From Bipalium vagum (Eukaryota): a stretch of 45,634 bases of DNA. Within the stretch, counting starts at the first letter, position 1. Each line of letters opens with the position of its first letter. The notes under the pieces are model-generated. The model searched no databases, had not been told where the DNA came from, and saw only the letters and a list, made by a program, of their open reading frames with translations. The stretch covers positions 1-45,634 of the forward strand of contig JBBMKC010207263.1 of NCBI GenBank assembly GCA_037834085.1, in the 5' to 3' direction. Below are positions 38,592 through 45,634 of the stretch, one piece after another. The translations under genes and the position numbers were made by a program.

Positions 38592-39898
38592 TATCAGATA
38601 ACGAACTAAGTTTTTTCGTTATTTCAGTTTTTAAAATTTGTTAGCCCCTGGGATTCTCATTTATCTACCGATTTAAATTTTCTTTGTTTTAGTTTGCTGC
38701 TCAAACACGTGAGTTTCAAATTTACTGTATAATTAGTTTTTATTAATTATCTTCTGGAATAGGTGCTTCAAAAGTTCGCTGGACAAATGAAAAATTCGAT
38801 TTGAAAATTATTTATTACGAATGAAAAAATAACACAAACACAAATGAAACTGTTTTAAAACTTAACGAAGTGTTTGGTGAAGGAACAATGCAACTGCGAT
38901 CATTGCAAAATTGGTTCAAAAAATTCAATAGTTTTTTTTTATTGGAAGACAAAGAGAGATCTGGAAGGCCAAAAGAGCTGAAGGATTATCAAATTATGGA
39001 TCTTCTTGAACAAAACAGATCAATTAGTACTAAACCAATCGCTTTTGAGTTAAATGTAAGCGATACAGCCATAAGAAATTGATTGAAAGCATTATGATTT
39101 ACTTGTAAACTCAACAAATGGGTGCCTCACCAACTAGCTGAGAAAACAAGTTGAATCGCATTGAAATTTGTTCAAGACATCTCGAAAAAAACCGAAATGA
39201 TACTTTTCTCAACCGGATAGTCACTTGCGATGAAAAGTGGATCTATCGTGACAACATAACCAGACGAAGATCGTGGTCTTTGAAAAGAGAGCCTCTGCAA
39301 AAATTGAAAAACGCAACCTTACACGAAACAAGATTCTTTTATGCATTTGGTGGGATTCTCGTGGAATTACTTATCATTAGTTTCTCAAATCCGAGGAATC
39401 CATTAATTCTGATGTCTATTGTGACATGGTAAGAAGAGTTCATGCCATTATGAAGGAATGGCCGGAGCAGTATGATAAACCGTAAACAAGTGATTTCCCA
39501 CCAAGATAATGTCAAGCCTCACAAATCAATGAAGACATTGAAGGTTATTCAGGAATTGAATTGGACTCTAATGGAACATCCGCCATATAGTATCGATATC
39601 GCCCCATCAGATTTTTATTTTTTCCGGGTATTACAGAATACCTTGATGGGTAAAATTCTAAGAGTTCCGAAGGTATAAAGAATGTAGTAATTTCTTTCTT
39701 TCGTCCAAAAGATCGAGATTTCTTCAATACTGGGATCAATAAACTTCTAAATAGATGGGATACAGTAATAGAAAAATATGGGGAATATCTGGATCATTAA
39801 TTGTTTAATAATGTTTTATGATTAATAGATTAAATTTAACTTCAGTCTAAGTTTAGTTTTTAATTAAAAAACGAAAAAACTTAGTTCGTTACCTGATA
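38592..39898 (+). mobile_element. Near full-length mariner (DD34D, ~1.3 kb) with TIRs and TA TSD; frameshifted
   Basis: TA-tcagataacgaactaagttttttcgtt ... aacgaaaaaacttagttcgttacctga-TA. Motifs RSGRP, WVPHQL, IVTCDEKWI, HQDNVKPH, HPPYSIDIAPSDFYFF. Confidence 0.93.
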
Positions 39899-40199
39899 TC
39901 ATTTTCATGAAAGAACTGAACGAATGAAATTAATAGTGCCTTTTCAGTTGTTAGCAGCGATATCGACAAAAACAGTCATAGTTTGAACAATATATTTTTA
40001 ATGGTTTTTAAAAGCATAATATTTAAGCAAATTTTCCATTCTTAATAAATTAATTAAAATTAAAATTAAATGCCAATAAAAATTAAAATAAAAATTATTT
40101 TAAAATAAATATTAAAATGAAATTAAATAAATATTAAAATTGAATTTAAAATTAATTAAAAATTTTAATTATGCACAATATAAAAATTTAAAAATTAGA

Positions 40200-40550
40200 A
40201 AGTTTAAATACTCACATCCCCACTTCTCAAGAATTTTTTTATTTTTTCCACATTCCTTTCAATTGTTTTTCCTTCTCTATCTTCCAATGCATATCTCTTG
40301 TCATGAATTTTTCGGTTCACCGTATATGGAGCTTCGTATCTTTCTTCATTCGAAGTTCTGCCTTCGCCCTTCACAAGTACTTGTTGCCTCAGGTCAAATC
40401 TTCTTGTTGTTGTTGCTTCTCTTGGTCTATCTTGAATGTTTTCTTTTTCAAATTGTTCTGATATTTTATTACTGACCTAAGCCTCTATAAATTTTTCTTC
40501 CAAATATGAGTTAGCGGGTAATGACTGTTCTTTTGTATATTTGTAGAGCA
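40200..40550 (-). mobile_element. Ty3/gypsy integrase C-terminus with polypurine tract and LTR start
   Basis: RRFDLRQQVLVKG...EERYEAPYTVNRKIHDKRYAL (GPY/F motif), followed by gagaagtgggga|TGTGAG (PPT then TG at 40217). Confidence 0.7.
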
Positions 40551-41779
40551 AATTTAGAATTTGCAAGTGTTTACATTTTTTCCGCAACATGTATTTGAAA
40601 GTGATATTTTACGAATATCAATGTTTGCAGATTTACCACTTATTATTTTTACAATTTTGCGACAACTTGATAATACTATTTCTTTAACCAAATTGTTAGG
40701 CTTTAATCTAACCTCCACTAATTTGGGTACTTCTAAAGAAGCCATGTGATGTTTATCAGATATACTAAATTGTTTTTCTAAAATGTTTAGTTCTTTGTAA
40801 CTTTTTAATGCAAATGAAGAAATGTTAGTCAGCAAGTGACCCTTGAGCTTACTCAGAACGATAGGGCTATTTGATAATATACGACCACATACCCGAAACT
40901 CTGGAACAACTATTATTTGTCATTGCAGTGGTGAATCCAAATTTTAAGAAAACGTCATTATATTTCTTATGAACAATATATTTTTTGTAGTAAACAACTT
41001 TAGTTGTACTGGAAATGCACTCATTAGCATGATCGTTAACATCGTCGTTATCATCATAATGAATCTTTCTTTAACCTTTTTTCCAACAGAATTTTTTTAA
41101 AAAGTCTACTTGAAAAAATCTGCGATACTTTTTTAAAAGTTTTAATTTATTGATAAACTTTTTAAGATAATTTTTATAAATTTTTTATAAAATTTGGCGC
41201 CACATGAAAGTTCCCCGACACTAGATTGAGAATCACTGATATATAACATGATGAATTGTTGTCTATTTATGCATTGATCGTGGTGTAATTAAGAGTATTA
41301 TTGACATATTCTGTAAATCACGTGTTGGGAAAAATAGTCCATTGTCTTATCCTGTGTCATTTTCGACCAATGTTAGTATCGAATCTAACCACTATTAGCA
41401 AAGGAGTCAGATTTATCTGGTTTGGTTAATTTTAATGTTAACACACACACACATATATATATATATAAATAGAGTTTATAAAGTACTGTGGATATAGTTA
41501 ACAATGATTGTTCTAAAATGTTGTAAAGATCAAATTTTGGTTTAAACATTTATTACTATTTTTAGGTAAATTAATAAAAAAGTAACATATAGATATTAAT
41601 ACAGAATTCAATTGAACCAGAATTTACAATTAAAAACTTGATTCAAAGTGTTTTATTTACTTTACTTTTAAAAAATTTGATTGAATTCAAATAAGAAAAT
41701 AAATAATTTTAATGATTAGTTGAAAATCCGTTTTAAATAAATGATATTTATAATACGTAAAAAGCATTATAAAAGTTAC

Positions 41780-42616
41780 TTTGTAAAACACCCCGAATAC
41801 ATAAAGGCCATCCGGCTGAGATACAGCCTCTTTTATAGATTGATACTTATCACGATCGTATGACACTATATGACCCTAGTAATAAAGGATGATAATTTTA
41901 AAAATCTATAATTTTTTACTTCAATTGGATAGGCATGTCCATTTAATCTATGTTCCGACCCTTTATCATTTTCAGATCCCCAATGCCAATGTATCGAGTA
42001 TGGCTTGATATTCTTTTTATCCCCAACACTTATTTGCCACTTATTACTAAACGTGAGATACACTAAAATTCAAGAATTAGTTGACAACTCAAAAAGTAAT
42101 TATCCACTAACAAGAATATGCATGTTTCTCTAGGAATATGTTCTCTTGGGCATGGGTAGTGTCTTTTATATCAATGGGTTTCAGGTGGTCATCAAAAATA
42201 GCTACATGTGACTCAATATCAATCGGTGATTGACGAAGACCTCCGCAACTCCTAATGAAATTAATATCTTTCAAAAACCTTCAATTAGAATTTTTCATAT
42301 TTATATTTATTATTTATAATGAATAAATAAGAATAATTGTTTAGTATTCTTGAAAGTGTTCTAAAATTATTTATGAAATTTTTGTCTGGAAAATGAAAAT
42401 GAAAAAATTATAAATGTTAAGAACACTACGGGAAACCAGTTTGCCATTCTGAGGGACCATTCAAATCATGGTTGGTGTGGTATCCCCATTTCTTACTACC
42501 TGCTATATAAGATTGGCGATTAAAATAAATAAAATAAAAAAAATACTTGGTGGAGGATCACTCGTAAAAGTTTCACTTAACAAACACAACAATATTGATG
42601 TATGAAGAAAATTCAT
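41780..42616 (-). CDS. Secreted alpha-carbonic anhydrase, exons 1-5 (174 aa); 3' exons not found
   Basis: Exons 42616-42547, 42502-42430, 42251-42112, 42062-41920, 41875-41780, in frame via GT-AG. Signal peptide MNFLHTSILLCLLS, KWGY...GPSEW, CGGLRQSPIDI, Zn ligands IHWHWG...GSEH...PIEGHIV, and PDGLYVFGVFYK. Confidence 0.92.
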
Positions 42617-43577
42617 TTTAATAAAATCTATTTGAAAAACAATGGTTTGAAATAGTCGAAAAATAAATTATTTGATTGGTTATTAAAGTATTTTGTATTT
42701 TTAATTTAGATCAAATTGTCATTACTGGGGGGTCAAATGTAAACATGATTGTATAAGTTATAAGAGTTTTAAAAATATAAAATAAAAATCATAAACGAAA
42801 CGATAAAAAAAGACATGATTTAATTAATAAGTAATTGAATTTAAATTATGATCAATAAATTCGTAAATAAGTAAAAAATCATGATCGAAAAAATCTATTA
42901 AAATCAGTCACGTTCGAAGGTTAAGAAGACCAAAAACTAGGAAAACTCCAGTTTAAAACGTTTAAAACGTTAACTAAAATGAGTTTAAGCACATGAACGA
43001 ATGCCTCTTAAAACAATATTTTAAATTGCACGACAAAAAGATAATATCAAAGAAATATAATCAAATATTCTAACTCGCTCTTTACAAGTTTGTTTTAATC
43101 GACGAAAATAATTAATTATTTCCAATATTTCTTATCAAGCTATTTAACTAAAAATGCAATATAATAAAGTTATATATTCGCATTAATAAATTTTTTTATT
43201 AGATAAATCGAAAATAATTGACTTTTAAAGAAAAATAAATAATAATAACCCCTCTCATATCATTAATCTTCAAATTAATAATCATTTTATTTAATTTGTT
43301 ACCCAATTTCAACCGGGTATTTTCTTCAGCTGGTAATACCAAAAGTTTGAGAAACTAAATTTTTGGCTTTGATTCATTTTCCCAAAGATTCTAATTTTTG
43401 ACAATTTTTATACGTATTTAAACACCAGCTGACATTTTCTTGATACATACTTTATATAAATCTTTCACATTGTTCTTCGATGTAATCAAGATTATTCGGA
43501 AAATACTCCAAATAGGAGTGTCAAAAATAAACTTTGAGATTCATATTGCATCTCAAAATTTTGAATGCTTGTGGCAT

Positions 43578-44420
43578 TATAGGTTGTACGCAAAATAAGT
43601 ACTTAGACTTGAAAGGAAATAATTACTTTATAAAAAAATATTGAAAGTGATTAATTCTAAAAAAATATAGGTATTTTTTTAGGATAATTGCCCTATTTCA
43701 AAAAATCACAGATAATGTTGAATTTTGTAGTGTAATCAAATTCCTGCTATTCAAGCAAACAAATAGCAAGAAATTATTATTAAACTGCAGGATGCTTACA
43801 AGAATGTGCTATTGTAAAGCAACAATTTATAATTCGAATCGTGAATTCAAGTGGCCGAACTAGTGTGTTTAATTCGGAGAAGTCGGACAGACCTGTTGAA
43901 ATTGAAGATGAGAAGAAAGAAATCTTGCAGAAAATCATCATTACAGACTGTTGTATTGCAACAAAAGACCTTGCGAAACATCCAAACAACTCAAAAGGTA
44001 CGTTGCATGTGTTGCTGCATGAAATTAGCATTAGGAAGCTGTTTTCACGATTGTGCAACGATTTTTCACAGGTGGTATGTAGCAACGCCGACTAAAGTGT
44101 TGTCAGAAAAAATTTGGAGATCTACAAAAAACTAGGAGATGATTTTCTCAATAACATAATCACGTAAGATGAGACACCTTTGAGCTTGTATATATGAAAA
44201 AGTAAACGCGAATCTGCAAAATGGAAGATGCCAGGGGAGAAACCAACACTAAAAATAATAACTGGCATATCTCATTAATATATCTGATATTGACAATCTT
44301 CTGGGATATGAAAGGCATTCTTAAAGTTGATTTTGTTGCATCTGATGTCAAAATCAATTCAGAATATTATGCACAACATATAAAGGAAGTAAGAGGAAAA
44401 CGGCAAAAAAAAGGATAATT
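43578..44420 (+). mobile_element. 5' two-thirds of a decayed mariner element
   Basis: TIR-like tataggttgtacg. FCSVIKFL, KSDRPVE, IT*DET and TIFWDMKGILKVDF...INSEYY motifs. Confidence 0.75.
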
Positions 44421-45634
44421 TTAGATTGAAAAACTAAAGGTTTTTGAAAGATATTTTTCTGTCTAGGAATGAATTCACTTCTTGTTATACAATATAATTA
44501 ATACTATATATATAATAATTTTAAAAATGTTTACATTATGGCGAAAATCATGTATCATATTAAATAACTGAGTCATTCAATTATAATTTAACACTCTCGG
44601 AACCGGAAAATAATTTTTTTTTGGTTCTGAAATTAAAAATTGTGAAATTATAAAACGTAAGCTCAATGTTATATAAAAATCGATAATTTATTAACAATTA
44701 AATAATGATCAATCATAAATATTTATTTAACAATCCAATAACGTGGTTTGTTTTTTATTTTTAAATCAAGTTCCCTTTGAATGTAAAAAAGTCCTTTGAT
44801 TCTTGACCAATTATCTTCAGTCTGTTCCAAATATTTTATGAAATACCTGCGTACATATAATGATTATAACTGAGGATATTTTTCTTCTTGTTGCAAGTCA
44901 ATGTTTTCTTCATTTTTTTTATATCCTCAAGACCATCATTTTCAATTTCAGTCAATATATTTTCGTCTATGAAAATATATTTACTGTTTATCAACAGGTA
45001 ATTTATTTATTTATTCTTGCATTCTATTCGTTTCATTGTTTATTTCAGATATAAGCTATTAATTATTGGTTATTTGCAAATCTTGTTGCTTGTTTCATCA
45101 ATATAGCCTTATTACTTATTATCCTTGTTTCATTTTTAACCCAGTCATAGAATTAATAATCAACTGACGGGAATGTTATATTCTTTACATATTTTCTTTT
45201 GTATAAACAATTTTTCAGCATTTTCCAATGTCTTTTGCAAATTTCAAATATTTGTTCTGTCAAATGTTTGTTTTTGAATTCCTTAGATACTAATTTGACC
45301 AAATCTTGTTAGGTATTCTTCGACTGTTTCGCAAGCCTGATTAATTTGATTTTTTTACAAATTGTTAAAGAAGGCATTTATTTTGAGAAATTTTTTAATT
45401 ATAAATTATTGCAAAACCTATTTATTATTTAAAAAAATAATATTTAAAATTTTACTTTAAAATATGTGAATTTAAAAATCACTATATAATTGTGAAGTTA
45501 TAAAAACATCAAAATTGTTAAGAACCAAATTGGGATTAGAAAAAATTGTGAAATTATGAATTTTGTGAAGTTGTCGATGGGGAATTTATAGTTGAATGAC
45601 TGTATTTAACAATATTTAACAATAATATTTAATA

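Larger units (their letters stand above)
37560..41238 (-). mobile_element. Decayed hAT (Buster/Charlie, ZBED5/SCAND3-like) transposon containing nested insertions
   Basis: TIR-like cagtgattctcaa at 41238. Collinear remnants FLKFGFT, RVCGRILSN...SKLKGHL (BED finger), IVKIISG...KISLSNT, NQFLCCHEL, ICTDGASAMAG, VRNPF and VASSTTFSPDIIKL. Confidence 0.8.

Overview
Very AT-rich animal (invertebrate) genomic DNA with spliceosomal introns and one 136-N scaffold gap (35402-35537). It is not prokaryotic and has no CRISPR array or recognisable RNA gene. Four protein-coding loci can be reconstructed by hand from GT-AG junctions: (1) a complete 7-exon mitochondrial transcription termination factor MTERF3 (+, 1433-5472, ~405 aa); (2) a complete 3-exon class I SAM methyltransferase resembling juvenile hormone acid O-methyltransferase (-, 10977-9735, ~276 aa); (3) the last four exons of a nicotinic acetylcholine receptor alpha subunit (-, 29665-14475), whose N-terminal/Cys-loop exons I could not find; (4) the first five exons of a secreted alpha-carbonic anhydrase (-, 42616-41780), whose C-terminal exons I could not find. 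The rest is mostly decayed transposons: many distinct mariner/Tc1 copies, a Merlin, a hAT (Buster/Charlie) carrying nested insertions, Penelope-like GIY-YIG/RT pieces, an RLE (NeSL/R2-type) non-LTR element and gypsy fragments. The most unusual feature is that the two half-genes are co-oriented and phase-compatible across the gap. An assembly artefact is the more likely cause, but it is testable.
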